Assembly: GCA_001447805.1 (NCBI GenBank)
Contig: CP013099.1
Location: forward strand, 2,115,181 to 2,179,180
Reading direction: 5' to 3'
From: Candidatus Tenderia electrophaga
GTDB lineage: Bacteria; Pseudomonadota; Gammaproteobacteria; Tenderiales; Tenderiaceae
Length of the DNA: 64,000 bases
Position 1 is the stretch's first letter, and each line of letters starts with the position of its first letter. Position numbers and translations under genes: made by a program. Of the stretch, positions 50,475 to 60,294 are shown piece after piece. The notes under the pieces are model-generated. The model made no database searches and was not told the DNA's origin. It saw only the letters and a list, made by a program, of their open reading frames with translations.

Positions 50475-52172
50475 TTACACCAAAATCATTTCATTCAGGC
50501 CGGCACCGGCCGGGATCATGGGATAGACATTTTCCGTCTGGTCGGTGACGAAATCCAGAAACACCAGCCGGTCTTTGTATTTACCGGTGGCCTCTTCCAA
50601 GGCCGGCACCACATCCTCGGGCTTTTCGATACGCATGCCGATGTGGCCGTAGGATTCGGCCAGCTTGACGAAGTCCGGCAGCGCATCCATGTAGGACATG
50701 GAATAACGGCCCTGATAGAAGAACTCCTGCCACTGCCGCACCATGCCCAAATAACGGTTATTCAAGCAGACGATCTTGATGGGCAGGCCGTACTGCAGAC
50801 AGGTGGACAACTCCTGGATGTTCATCTGGATGCTGCCCTCACCCGTGACGCAGGCAACCACATCCTTGGGGTTGGCGAACTGCGCCCCCATAGCCGCCGG
50901 CAGGCCGAAGCCCATGGTGCCGAGACCGCCGGAATTGATCCAGCGATAGGGCTTGTCGAACTTGTAGAACTGCGCCGCCCACATCTGGTGCTGGCCCACG
51001 TCGGAGGTGACAAAGGCGTTGCCCTTGGTGACATTATAGAGCGACTCGACCACATACTGGGGTTTGATCTGTTCGGACTCACGGTCATACTTCAGGCAGT
51101 CCACCGCGCGCCATTCCTCGATCTGCTTCCACCACTCGGCCATGGCCTTCTTTTCCGGCGTCTTGCCCGATTCATTGACCAGGGCCAACATCTCTTTCAA
51201 GACATGGGTGACGCCGCCGACGATGGGCACGTCGACCTTGACGTTCTTCGAAATCGAGGCCGGATCGATATCCACATGGATGATCTTGGCGGTAGGACAG
51301 AACTTCTCGATATTGCCGGTGACCCGGTCATCGAAACGGGCGCCGATGGCAATGAGCACATCAGAATTGTGCATGGCCATGTTGGCCTCGTAGGTGCCGT
51401 GCATGCCCAGCATACCCAGGAACTGCTTGTCCGTGGCCGGATAGGCGCCCAAGCCCATGAGCGTATTGGTGCAGGGAAAACCCAGCGTCTTCACCAGGTC
51501 GGTGAGCGCCTTGGCGCCGCGGTCCAGAATCACCCCGCCGCCGGTATAGACCATGGGTCGCTGCGCCGACAGCATCAGCTCGACGGCCTTTTGGATCTGG
51601 CGTTTGTTGCCCTTCACCACCGGGTTGTAGGAACGCATCTTGATGCGCTTGGGATAATGATACTCGGCCTTTTCGGCGGTGATGTCCTTCGGGATATCGA
51701 CCACCACAGGTCCGGGCCGACCGGTGGTGGCGACGTAAAAGGCCTTCTTGATGGTCTCCGCCAGCTTGGTGACGTCCTTGACCAGGAAGTTGTGCTTGAC
51801 ACAGGGTCGGGTGATACCGACAGAATCGACCTCCTGGAAGGCATCGTTGCCGATCAAGCTGGTGGGCACCTGGCCGGTGAAGACCACCATCGGGATGGAG
51901 TCCATGTAGGCGGTGGCAATACCGGTGACGGCATTCGTGGCGCCGGGGCCGGAGGTCACCAGCACCACGCCCGGCTTGCCCGAAGAACGTGCATAGCCGT
52001 CGGCGGCATGGGTGGCGGCCTGTTCGTGGCGCACCAGCACGTGCTCGACCTTATCCTGCTTGTAGAGGGCATCGTAGATGTGCAACACGGCCCCACCGGG
52101 GTAGCCGAACACATACTCGACACCTTCATCCTCAAGACAACGGACAAAGATTTCGGCGCCTGTTAATTCCAC
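50475..52172 (-). CDS. ilvI: acetolactate synthase large (catalytic) subunit, biosynthetic type
   Basis: ThDP motif GDG...N ([11 protein letters not shown]). N-terminus aligns with AHAS ([27 protein letters not shown]). Start assigned to GTG at 52172 with GAGGGA SD 8 nt upstream. The ATG at 52238 would add 22 non-conserved aa. Confidence 0.9.
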   Translation of the reverse strand: MELTGAEIFVRCLEDEGVEYVFGYPGGAVLHIYDALYKQDKVEHVLVRHEQAATHAADGYARSSGKPGVVLVTSGPGATNAVTGIATAYMDSIPMVVFTGQVPTSLIGNDAFQEVDSVGITRPCVKHNFLVKDVTKLAETIKKAFYVATTGRPGPVVVDIPKDITAEKAEYHYPKRIKMRSYNPVVKGNKRQIQKAVELMLSAQRPMVYTGGGVILDRGAKALTDLVKTLGFPCTNTLMGLGAYPATDKQFLGMLGMHGTYEANMAMHNSDVLIAIGARFDDRVTGNIEKFCPTAKIIHVDIDPASISKNVKVDVPIVGGVTHVLKEMLALVNESGKTPEKKAMAEWWKQIEEWRAVDCLKYDRESEQIKPQYVVESLYNVTKGNAFVTSDVGQHQMWAAQFYKFDKPYRWINSGGLGTMGFGLPAAMGAQFANPKDVVACVTGEGSIQMNIQELSTCLQYGLPIKIVCLNNRYLGMVRQWQEFFYQGRYSMSYMDALPDFVKLAESYGHIGMRIEKPEDVVPALEEATGKYKDRLVFLDFVTDQTENVYPMIPAGAGLNEMILV

Positions 52173-52202
52173 CTTGGTATCTCCCTCAAAAAACCGTACT
52201 AC

Positions 52203-52235
52203 TTCAGAAAAAAAAGCCCGCTTAACGGGCAGTTG
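52203..52235 (-). other. terminator-like hairpin plus T-run in the ilvIH-ilvC 5' leader
   Basis: Minus strand GCCCG-ttaag-CGGGC followed by TTTTTTTT, ending ~30 nt before the GAGGGA SD / GTG start. Confidence 0.45.
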
Positions 52236-52412
52236 CATGAATTCGGCGTTTTTGTTCCTAAGAAGGGCTCGAAACTACATTAGAAATCGAGACTTAGTCA
52301 AGCGCTACGCGCGCGGATGGCAGTATATCAGAATTTCACCACGCCGGGCGACTGGCAATGCCGCTGCGAGCCTCGTTATAATTCGCCGAAACCCAGACAC
52401 AACGGAGGTCTC

Positions 52413-52757
52413 ATGCCCTATCTCACGCTTCAAACCAACCAAGGTATTGACGCAAATGACATGCCCGCCGTGCTGGATGCACTTTCCAAAGGCGTCGCCG
52501 CAGCCTTGGGAAAATCGGAAAATTACGTCATGATCGCGCTGGACAGCGCAAAACCCATGTTTTTTGCCGGAAATGATGCCCCCGCCGCCTATGTCGAATT
52601 GAAAAGCCTAGGGCTGCCGGAAGACCAGACGACGCGCTTTTCAGAACAGCTCTGCAGCCTGGTTGAAGCACAGATCGGCGTCCGCCGGGAACGCATCTAT
52701 ATCAACTTCGGCGCGCCAGCCCGGCACATGTGGGGCTGGAATGGAAAGACGTTTTAG
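52413..52757 (+). CDS. MIF/phenylpyruvate-tautomerase-like (tautomerase superfamily) protein
   Basis: Start at MPYLTLQTNQ (Pro-1 after Met removal) preceded by GGAGG; 114 aa. Track ORF 52317 start rejected. Confidence 0.75.
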   Translation: MPYLTLQTNQGIDANDMPAVLDALSKGVAAALGKSENYVMIALDSAKPMFFAGNDAPAAYVELKSLGLPEDQTTRFSEQLCSLVEAQIGVRRERIYINFGAPARHMWGWNGKTF

Positions 52758-53503
52758 CCTTCGACAAAACCGCTCAAAAAGTCGTCCACCTGAGACCAGA
52801 CATCCTCAGTCACGGCGGCATCGTAGTCGGGGTGCAGCGGATCCATAAATCCGTGTGCGGCGGGAAACACATAATTGCGATGGATAATTAGGGATTTCTT
52901 CAGCAACTGGCTGTATTCATCCATCATGGCGGCGGTAATGGCCTCGTCGTCCCGGGCAAAAATGGTCAACACCGGCGCCTTCAAATTACGCACCTGGTCC
53001 ACATTGGCCTCAAGCACGCCGTAGATTACCACCGTCGCGGCCACTTTTTCCGGCGCCGCCACCGCCGCCTGGAACGACTGCCAACCGCCGAACCCGGCCC
53101 CCAGGGTCACCAACTTGCGGCCCTCGCGCTCACGCGCCAGATAGTTGAGCCCGGCGTTCACATTCACCTTGACCGATTCCGGGTCGGTGGCGTCCATGAT
53201 TTCGGTCGCCAGCCACATTTTGTCCGAGATACGACCGTCGAAGACATCAATGGCCAGGGCCCGATAACCGCGCGCGGCGAAGCGCTCCACCCACGCGCGC
53301 ACCGTCTCGTTCAGGCCCCAGCGGTCATGCAAAATTAATATACCCAGTTCGGCATCTTGCGGCCCGGCCGCATAGCCCTGCAAATACGTGCCCATGGCCG
53401 TTTGCAGGGTGATGGTGCCCTGATTGGGATCCGCCGGGGCAGGATCGGCCGCCCGCACCGAGACGGCAACAAGACATAAAATACATAGAATAAGGCTTTT
53501 CAT
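52754..53503 (-). CDS. secreted dienelactone hydrolase family protein (paralogue of 43226..44017)
   Basis: Start at MKSLILCILCLVAVSVRA (signal peptide) with GGAGTG SD. Nucleophile motif GAGFGG. Upstream extension rejected. Confidence 0.85.
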   Translation of the reverse strand: MKSLILCILCLVAVSVRAADPAPADPNQGTITLQTAMGTYLQGYAAGPQDAELGILILHDRWGLNETVRAWVERFAARGYRALAIDVFDGRISDKMWLATEIMDATDPESVKVNVNAGLNYLAREREGRKLVTLGAGFGGWQSFQAAVAAPEKVAATVVIYGVLEANVDQVRNLKAPVLTIFARDDEAITAAMMDEYSQLLKKSLIIHRNYVFPAAHGFMDPLHPDYDAAVTEDVWSQVDDFLSGFVEG

Positions 53504-53643
53504 AGTCACTCCGGCACAATCACGCCGATCAACATAGCAACAAGCACAGCGGCGCTCAAGCGATTCCAACCCGGCAGCGCCCAGACTATCGCCTCCCCTG
53601 TGCTATGCTCGGCAGCAAGTAAGCGACAACGAAGGGAGTACGC

Positions 53644-54450
53644 ATGGCCTCACAAAACCAACCCGATTGGGATACCCTGGCGGAAAAGTTTGATCTCTGG
53701 CTCCCCCACATCGCCCCGGTCGGTGAGGCCTTGCTGGAAGCGCTGCAGGTCGACCCCGGCGACGCGGTGTTGGATGTAGCCTGCGGCACCGGTGAACCGG
53801 CCCTGAGCCTGGCGCGGCGTCATCCCCATGCCCGGGTGACCGCCGTCGACGCCGCCGCTGGCATGGTGCGCGCGGCCCAGAACAAACTCAAAGACGAGCG
53901 CCTCGATAATATTCAGTTCGACATCATGGCGGCGGAACACATGGACTTCGAAGACGCCAGCTTCGACAAAGTGCTGTGCCGCTTCGGCGTCATGCTGTTC
54001 GAAGATCCCCTGCAAGGGCTGAAAGAAATGCGCCGCGTACTCAAACCCGGCGGCCAATTCGCCCTGGCGGTGTGGAGCACGGCGGAAACTATGACCACCA
54101 TGCACTGGGCCCACCGCGCGTTCAAGAATCGCCTGAAGGAAGAGGATCAACCTGCCCTGGCCAAGGTCACCTCGCTGGGCGAGTCAGGCATGCTGGAATC
54201 CCTGCTGAATCAGGCCGGCTTCAAGCAACATATCATCCAACGCAAGCCCTTTGATTACCACTTCCAGAGCTTCGACGAATACTGGGACACGGTCGAGGCC
54301 TCGGACATTATGAAGCAGCAGTTCGACGCCCTGGCCGAAGGCGAGCGCGACCAGGTGCGTGACGAGATTGCGCGCTTCGCCCGGGATTTTCACAGCGACA
54401 GCGGCCTGGCCATTCCACACGAGTACATCCTCGCCTACGGCGTCAGGTAA
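53644..54450 (+). CDS. class I SAM-dependent methyltransferase
   Basis: Motif I VLDVACGTGEPA, motif post-I/II (RVTAVDAA...), 268 aa. Confidence 0.85.
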   Translation: MASQNQPDWDTLAEKFDLWLPHIAPVGEALLEALQVDPGDAVLDVACGTGEPALSLARRHPHARVTAVDAAAGMVRAAQNKLKDERLDNIQFDIMAAEHMDFEDASFDKVLCRFGVMLFEDPLQGLKEMRRVLKPGGQFALAVWSTAETMTTMHWAHRAFKNRLKEEDQPALAKVTSLGESGMLESLLNQAGFKQHIIQRKPFDYHFQSFDEYWDTVEASDIMKQQFDALAEGERDQVRDEIARFARDFHSDSGLAIPHEYILAYGVR

Positions 54451-54460
54451 GCAACGAACG

Positions 54461-54817
54461 TCAGAACGCATTCAACAGATCGCCGAAACCCCATACCAGG
54501 GTGCCGACGATCAGCATGTACAGGCCGTATTTCTCGTACCGCCACACCCCCCCTGCCACATCATCGATCAAATGTCGTTTGTCGCTGTCGGCCCAGTCGC
54601 GCTCGAACTGGCGTGGCGGCCGCATCTGGCTGAGTTTGAGGCGGTTGATGTGATCGATGATCTGATGCGAGGTGAGTACAATGCCGTTGATGACCACCAA
54701 GGAGCCGCTGCGCGACAACCACAACCAATCATCCAGCCAGACACTCAGCAGTACGCCCAACATGAGCGTCAGCAGGGCGACGGCATAGGCCTTGATTGCA
54801 AAATGGGTGGTCTTCAC
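54461..54817 (-). CDS. hypothetical small membrane protein
   Basis: 118 aa, two or three TM helices, no recognisable family. Confidence 0.5.
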   Translation of the reverse strand: MKTTHFAIKAYAVALLTLMLGVLLSVWLDDWLWLSRSGSLVVINGIVLTSHQIIDHINRLKLSQMRPPRQFERDWADSDKRHLIDDVAGGVWRYEKYGLYMLIVGTLVWGFGDLLNAF

Positions 54818-54860
54818 TGCTGTTCATAGTAGCCGATCTGCGCCAACGCGCCATGGCAGC

Positions 54861-57353
54861 TCAGACACTGCGCAGGGTGCGCAGCGGCGGCTGATTGATG
54901 ACAAAGCGCGTGCCCAGCGTCCCGGCGATACCAATGCCCAGCGCCCCTATCAGCATGCCACCGAACCACAAGGTGGGGCCGGGCGCGTATTCCAACTCGA
55001 AGATGCGCTCCGCCACCACCATGCCGACGCCGCCGGCGCTGAGGGCTGCCACCAGGCCGGACATCAGACCCAGGCCCGCGTATTCGAGCATCAGGCTGCC
55101 GAGCAACTGGCTGCGCCGCGCGCCCAGGGTGCGCAGCACCGCCGCCTCGTGGATGCGTTCATCGCGGCTGGAGTGAATGGCGGCATACATCACCATCAGT
55201 CCGGCCAGCAGGGTGAAGACGAAGACATATTCCACCGCCAGGGTGACGCGCGCGATAATGCGCCGCACCTGCCCCATGATGGCGTCGACATCGAAGACGG
55301 TGATGTTGGGGAACTGCTGTACCAGGTCATTCAGCACCTGGTGCTCATCCGCAGGCAGATAGAACGCGCTCATATAGCTGACCGGAAACCCCTCCAGCAC
55401 CCCCGGCGGCGCCAGCACGAAAAAGTTGGCGCGGAAACTGTCCCACTCCACCGTGCGCAGGCTGGTGATGGGGGCGGTGAATTGTTGCCCGGCGGCGCGA
55501 TAGGTCAAGGTGTCTCCGAGCTGCAGGTCCAGTTCCTCGGCGATGCCCTGCTCCACGGACAGCATGGGCCGGCCGTGTTCGTCCTCATCCCACCAGCGCC
55601 CGGCGACGATATTGTTGTCCGCCTGCAAATCAGCGGCCCAGGATAGGTTGAACTCGCGCGTGGCCAGGCGCTTGCCGCGCTCGGTGGCGAAATCATCTTC
55701 GCTCACCGCTTGGCCGTTTATCTCCACCAGGCGCATGCGCACCATGGGATAAAGCTCCGGCACCTCGATGCCCTGCCGCGCGAAAAAGCCTTCCACTTGA
55801 TCGAGCTGCTCGGGCTGCACATTGATCAGAAAGCGATTAGGGGCATCGGCCGGCACCTTGCCCTGCCACTCTTCCAACAAATCGGTACGCACCACGGTGA
55901 GCAGCAACAAGGCCATCAGGCCGATACTGAAGCCCATCATTTGCAGCATGCTGCTGCCGGCACGGCGCGAGATATTGACCAGGCCGAAGCGCCACGAGGC
56001 CCGCCCCTGCCGACTCAAAGGCTTGAGGATCAGTAGCAACACCCCGACCAGGGCCGCCAACGCCAGCAACAGCACCACCAGACCCGCGAGAATGGTCAGG
56101 GCCAGGCGGGTGTCCTGGGCCTGGAGCAAGGCCAGCACCACAAACGCGGCGCTGCCGGCGCTATAGGCCAATAGACTGTTGATCTGCAAGCGACCCAGGT
56201 CACGCCGAATCACCCGCATGGTGGAGACATTGGCCAGTTGCAGAATCGGTGGCATGGCGAATCCCAGCAGGGTGATCATGCCGGTCAACATGCCCAGCGC
56301 CACGGGCCAGGCCGAGGGCGCCGGCAACTGGATGCGCGCCAGTTCACCCAAGAACAACACCAGTCCGCCCTGGGCCAGATACCCGAGCGCCACCCCCAGG
56401 GCGCTGGCCAGCAGGCCCAGCACCAGCATTTGATATAGATACAGTCGATTGATCACGGCCTGAGAGGCACCCAGACAGCGCATCACCGCGCAATTATCGA
56501 GATGGCGGCTGACATAGCGCCGCGCCGCCATGGCCACCGCCGCCCCGGCCAACAACACGCTCACCAGGGCCGCCAGCCCGAGAAAACGCTCGCCCCGCTC
56601 CAAGGCGGTGCGCACCTGGGGCCGGGCGTCCTTGACGCTGTTCAGTTCTTCGCCGGGCGCCAGGGTGTCCTGCCACTGGCGGCGCAACTGCTCCACCTGC
56701 TCCGGCGCGCCGGCCACCAACAATCGATAACGCACCCGGCTGGCGGGCTGCACCAGCTCGGTGGCGGGCAGGTCTTCCAGATTCATCAGCAGACGCGGCA
56801 CGAAGCCGGAGATCATGCCGCCGGACTGGGTCGGCTCGCTGGTCAGCACGGCGCCGATGCGCAGGGTGGTCTCCCCCACCTGTACCGTCTCGCCCACCTC
56901 CAGTTTCAGGGCGTTCATCAGGCGACCGTCGGCCCAGGCCGTGCCCGGCTCGGGGCCGTGAGCCACCGCCTCGTCCGGGGCAAACTGCTCGGGCGCTATG
57001 CGGTTACGGCCGCGCAGCGGGTAATTGGCGCTCACTGCCTTCAATCCCACCAATTGACTCTGCTCCCCCGCCAACACCATGGTGGGAAACTCCACCGTGG
57101 CGGCGCTGCGCAGCCCCGCGTCTCTGGCGTGATCGCGGCGTTGCGCGGCGATGGGATCGCGCGAGACCAGCACCAGGTCGCCGCCCAGCAGGTCGTTGGC
57201 CTGCAGCTCCAGGGCCTGATGGATGCGGCTGGTAAAGAAATTCACCGACGACACGCTGGCCACGGCGATCACCAGCGCCAGCGCCAGGATGGTGAGCTCA
57301 CCGGCGCGCCAGTCGCGGCGCAACTGGCGCAGACCGAGTCGGAATGCGTTCAT
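54861..57353 (-). CDS. ybbP: ABC transporter permease with duplicated FtsX/MacB-type domains (YbbP family)
   Basis: 830 aa, two repeats of 4-TM FtsX-like modules each preceded by a large periplasmic loop. 4-nt overlap with ATPase gene. ybbA-ybbP divergent from tesA, as in enteric synteny. Confidence 0.88.
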   Translation of the reverse strand: MNAFRLGLRQLRRDWRAGELTILALALVIAVASVSSVNFFTSRIHQALELQANDLLGGDLVLVSRDPIAAQRRDHARDAGLRSAATVEFPTMVLAGEQSQLVGLKAVSANYPLRGRNRIAPEQFAPDEAVAHGPEPGTAWADGRLMNALKLEVGETVQVGETTLRIGAVLTSEPTQSGGMISGFVPRLLMNLEDLPATELVQPASRVRYRLLVAGAPEQVEQLRRQWQDTLAPGEELNSVKDARPQVRTALERGERFLGLAALVSVLLAGAAVAMAARRYVSRHLDNCAVMRCLGASQAVINRLYLYQMLVLGLLASALGVALGYLAQGGLVLFLGELARIQLPAPSAWPVALGMLTGMITLLGFAMPPILQLANVSTMRVIRRDLGRLQINSLLAYSAGSAAFVVLALLQAQDTRLALTILAGLVVLLLALAALVGVLLLILKPLSRQGRASWRFGLVNISRRAGSSMLQMMGFSIGLMALLLLTVVRTDLLEEWQGKVPADAPNRFLINVQPEQLDQVEGFFARQGIEVPELYPMVRMRLVEINGQAVSEDDFATERGKRLATREFNLSWAADLQADNNIVAGRWWDEDEHGRPMLSVEQGIAEELDLQLGDTLTYRAAGQQFTAPITSLRTVEWDSFRANFFVLAPPGVLEGFPVSYMSAFYLPADEHQVLNDLVQQFPNITVFDVDAIMGQVRRIIARVTLAVEYVFVFTLLAGLMVMYAAIHSSRDERIHEAAVLRTLGARRSQLLGSLMLEYAGLGLMSGLVAALSAGGVGMVVAERIFELEYAPGPTLWFGGMLIGALGIGIAGTLGTRFVINQPPLRTLRSV

Positions 57354-58024
57354 CCCTCCAGCCTCAACCGCCCGTCCTCCAATTCCACCTGCCGGTCACA
57401 GCGCTGGGCCAGGTTCGGGTCGTGGGTCACCAATACCAGGGTGGTGCCCTGCTCGGCATTGAGCTGGAACAGTAAATCGATGATGCGGGCGCCGGTGTTG
57501 CGATCCAGATTGCCGGTGGGTTCGTCCGCGAACAACAACTTGGGATGAGGCGCAAAGGCGCGCGCAATGGCGACGCGCTGCTGCTCGCCGCCGGACAGCT
57601 GTTTGGGATAATGACCGGTGCGCGCGCCCAGGCCGACGCGCTGCAATACGCTGGCGGCCACCTGCGGCGCGTCGCGGCGCCCCGCCAGCTCCATGGGCAA
57701 CATGACATTCTCCAGGGCGGTAAGATTGGGCAACAGCTGAAACGCCTGAAATACAAAACCGACCTTTTCCGCGCGCAGCCGGGCACGTTGGTCTTCGTCC
57801 AGGCCGAACAGATCCACGCCGTCGATCATGACCTGGCCGGTGGTGGGGGTATCCAGCCCCGCCAACAGCCCCAGCAAGGTCGACTTACCCGCGCCGGAGG
57901 CGCCCACCACGGCCACGGATTCGCCGGCCGAGATAGAAAGTGACACGTCGTGTAATAAGTCCAGCTCGCCGTCGGGACTGCGCACCCGTTTGCCCAGTCC
58001 CCGGACTCTCAATACCTCAGCCAT
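57350..58024 (-). CDS. ybbA: ABC transporter ATP-binding protein (YbbA family)
   Basis: Start at MAEVLRVRGLGK (58024). Walker A GASGAGKST, signature LSGGEQQR, Walker [12 protein letters not shown]. Upstream 19-aa extension rejected. Confidence 0.88.
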   Translation of the reverse strand: MAEVLRVRGLGKRVRSPDGELDLLHDVSLSISAGESVAVVGASGAGKSTLLGLLAGLDTPTTGQVMIDGVDLFGLDEDQRARLRAEKVGFVFQAFQLLPNLTALENVMLPMELAGRRDAPQVAASVLQRVGLGARTGHYPKQLSGGEQQRVAIARAFAPHPKLLFADEPTGNLDRNTGARIIDLLFQLNAEQGTTLVLVTHDPNLAQRCDRQVELEDGRLRLEG

Positions 58025-58145
58025 AGTCGATTGGAAGATCCTTTTTTCTTGTTGGACATGCGTGTTCCCCACCTTAGACACGATAATGACAGATGATTCA
58101 CTGCGCGCCCTGCGCAGGGCGAATCAGATCAGGCATAATGGTGCC

Positions 58146-58772
58146 ATGCAAAAAATCGTCTTTACCCTATTGGTGGTGCTCTGCTGTGGCGTAACGGCCC
58201 AGGCCGATGAGCATAAAATTCTGGTACTGGGCGACAGCCTCAGCGCCGCCTTCGGCATCAGCCAGGAACAAGGCTGGGTGGCCCTGCTACAACAGCGGCT
58301 CACGCGCACTGGTGAAAAGTATCAGGTCATCAATGCCAGCATCAGCGGCGAGACCACCGCCGGCGGGCTGTCACGCCTGCCCGCGCTGCTGCAACGGCAT
58401 GAGCCCGACATCGTAATCTTAGAGCTGGGCGCCAACGACGGTCTGCGCGGCCTGTCACTGAATGACATGCACGCCAACCTCGCGCGGATGATCGAACTTT
58501 CCCGGGCCCGCGGGGCCGAGGTGCTGCTGCTGGGTATGCAGTTGCCGCCCAACTACGGCCCCACCTACACGCGTCAGTTTCACGAAGTGTATGCCCGGCT
58601 GGCCGAGAGCGAAGACGTCGCTCTGGTCCCGTTTCTGCTCGCGGGGGTGGCGCAGCAGCGCTCACTGTTCCAGGCCGACGGCCTGCATCCGAGCGCCGCG
58701 GCACAGGATGAACTGCTCGAAAATGTGTGGGACAAGCTACAGTCACTGCTTACAACCAGCGGCGCCGTCTAA
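58146..58772 (+). CDS. tesA: SGNH/GDSL arylesterase, acyl-CoA thioesterase I-like (TesA)
   Basis: Start MQKIVFTLLVVLCCGVTAQA (signal peptide), GDSLSA block I, ...GANDG... block III, DGLHPS block V. Track ORF 57828 start rejected. Confidence 0.88.
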   Translation: MQKIVFTLLVVLCCGVTAQADEHKILVLGDSLSAAFGISQEQGWVALLQQRLTRTGEKYQVINASISGETTAGGLSRLPALLQRHEPDIVILELGANDGLRGLSLNDMHANLARMIELSRARGAEVLLLGMQLPPNYGPTYTRQFHEVYARLAESEDVALVPFLLAGVAQQRSLFQADGLHPSAAAQDELLENVWDKLQSLLTTSGAV

Positions 58773-59730
58773 ACAGCCATATCTGCAGCCCCACCAGCAC
58801 CACCAGAAACAGAATCACCACTTCAAAACCATAGGCGTACTCGGCGCCGGGGATGCCGCCCACGTTGATACCCAACAGCCCGGTCAGAAATCCCAAGGGC
58901 AGGAACACCGCCGCCACCAGCGATAACACATACATGCGGTTGTTCATCTGCTCCGAGAGTCGATTATTCAACTCCTCCTGCACCACGCCGGCGCGATCGC
59001 GCGCCGCCTCCAGGTCCTCCACATAGCGCACTACGCGGTCGGTGATTTCACGCAGGCGGATGCGGTCATTGTCCGACAACCACTCGACTCTTTCTTGGGC
59101 CAAGCGAGCCATGGCCTCGCGCTGGGGTGACAGGTAGCGCCGCAGACCGATTACTTCCATGCGCATGCGGGCCAGTTCGTGGCGCAGTTGCGCCCGCTCT
59201 GATTCCACCACCTCGTTTTCGAGCCGATCCACCTCTTCTTCGATGGCGTCGATCGCATCCGCCATACGCACCACCAGGCGATCGGCCAGGTCGACCAACA
59301 GTTCGCCCGGTGTACCAGGTCCGTCACCGCGATCGATGGACTCGCGCACATCAACAATAGAGAGCAGACGCCGGCGCCGGGTGGTGATCACACGCCGATC
59401 CTCCACCCACAGGCGGAGCGCCACCATGTCCTCGGGATCGGCCCCCGGGTTGGTATTGACGCCGCGCAGCATCACCAGCAGGCCGTCTTTCAGGGCGGTA
59501 CTGCGCGGACGCGTCTCATCGGCCAACAGCGCATCACAGACCACCTTATCGACGCCGCTGTCCTGACGCAGCCAGCGCTGTGCCTCGGCATGCGTAAAAT
59601 CCAGGTGCACCCACAAAAACCCCTCGTCCGAGCGCCATTGTTGAAGGCCCTGCCAGTCCAGCGGGGTACCGCCGCCCTTGCCGTCGAGGGCATAGGCAGC
59701 AATCAGTCCATCTTGCTCGTCCATGGTCAA
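58750..59730 (-). CDS. zntB: CorA-family zinc transporter ZntB-like
   Basis: 326 aa, two C-terminal TM helices, GINVGG in place of GMN (LLGINVGGIPG). Confidence 0.8.
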   Translation of the reverse strand: MTMDEQDGLIAAYALDGKGGGTPLDWQGLQQWRSDEGFLWVHLDFTHAEAQRWLRQDSGVDKVVCDALLADETRPRSTALKDGLLVMLRGVNTNPGADPEDMVALRLWVEDRRVITTRRRRLLSIVDVRESIDRGDGPGTPGELLVDLADRLVVRMADAIDAIEEEVDRLENEVVESERAQLRHELARMRMEVIGLRRYLSPQREAMARLAQERVEWLSDNDRIRLREITDRVVRYVEDLEAARDRAGVVQEELNNRLSEQMNNRMYVLSLVAAVFLPLGFLTGLLGINVGGIPGAEYAYGFEVVILFLVVLVGLQIWLFRRRRWL

Positions 59731-59810
59731 TTCCCGGATCGTTGTTTAGTATGAGGACTATAACCGACTTGGGCGCAGCGGCAATAACACGCGCTCGACC
59801 GGGCCATAGC

Positions 59811-59850
59811 GCAAAACAAAAAGGGCCGACACACTTGTGTATCAGCCCTT
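59811..59850 (-). terminator. rho-independent terminator (distal, after tRNA-Ser(TGA) fragment)
   Basis: Minus strand AGGGCTGATACACAAGTGTGTCGGCCCT hairpin followed by TTTTTGTTTTG. Confidence 0.7.
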
Positions 59851-59863
59851 TGTTGAAAAGTAA

Positions 59864-60000
59864 TGGCGGAGAGGCAGGGATTACTCGGGCGTCCGCCCTC
59901 GCCCTACGGGCCAGCCTCGCTCCGCTCCGCTGTTCTCCCTCCGCTGCGCTACGGTCGTCGAACCGAAGGGTTCTCATCAAAACCTGCCCCACTCCAAAAA
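59864..60000 (-). other. tRNA-Ser 3'-end-like fragment (19-nt duplicate of tRNA-Ser(TGA) 3' end plus degenerate body)
   Basis: Plus-strand TGGCGGAGAGGCAGGGATT at 59864..59882 is identical to 60039..60057 (3' end of tRNA-Ser TGA). No intact cloverleaf, but a GGAGGGA segment could pair 6/7 with the CCTCTCC 3' strand. Confidence 0.5.
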
Positions 60001-60034
60001 CAAAAAAGGCCGCCTCTGGGGCGGCCTTTTGTAT
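60001..60034 (-). terminator. rho-independent terminator immediately after tRNA-Ser(TGA)
   Basis: GGCCGCC-tctgg-GGCGGCC hairpin flanked by A6 and T4..T4 (bidirectional potential); on minus strand followed by TTTTTTG. Confidence 0.75.
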
Positions 60035-60038
60035 TTTA

Positions 60039-60128
60039 TGGCGGAGAGGCAGGGATTCGAACCCTGGGAAGGTTTAACCCTTCAACGGTTTTCAAGACCG
60101 CCGCTTTCGACCGCTCAGCCACCTCTCC
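60039..60128 (-). tRNA. tRNA-Ser (anticodon TGA)
   Basis: Reverse complement GGAGAGGTGGCTGAGCGGTCGAAAGCGGCGGTCTTGAAAACCGTTGAAGGGTTAAACCTTCCCAGGGTTCGAATCCCTGCCTCTCCGCCA. 7-bp acceptor, anticodon loop CTTGAAA, long variable arm, GTTCGAATC T-loop, encoded CCA. Confidence 0.9.
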
Positions 60129-60142
60129 GCAGAAGCGCAAGA

Positions 60143-60153
60143 TGATACCAAAA
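60143..60153 (-). promoter_or_regulatory. candidate extended -10 promoter (TGgTATCAT) of tRNA-Ser(TGA)
   Basis: Minus strand ...TTTTTGGTATCATCTTGCGCTTCTGC-GGAGAGG. TGn-TATCAT 13 nt upstream of the mature 5' end, GC-rich discriminator. Confidence 0.3.
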
Positions 60154-60294
60154 ATTTTCAGGATTTCCAGCACTTGAGGAAAAATTTTGCGATTTAGACC
60201 GGGTATTAATCTAGGGAACCTTTCGTGCTAAACTCGGGTCTCAGAATATGAGTAATTCTCTATGGAATTCAACTTAAACAGGAGTCTGAACACT

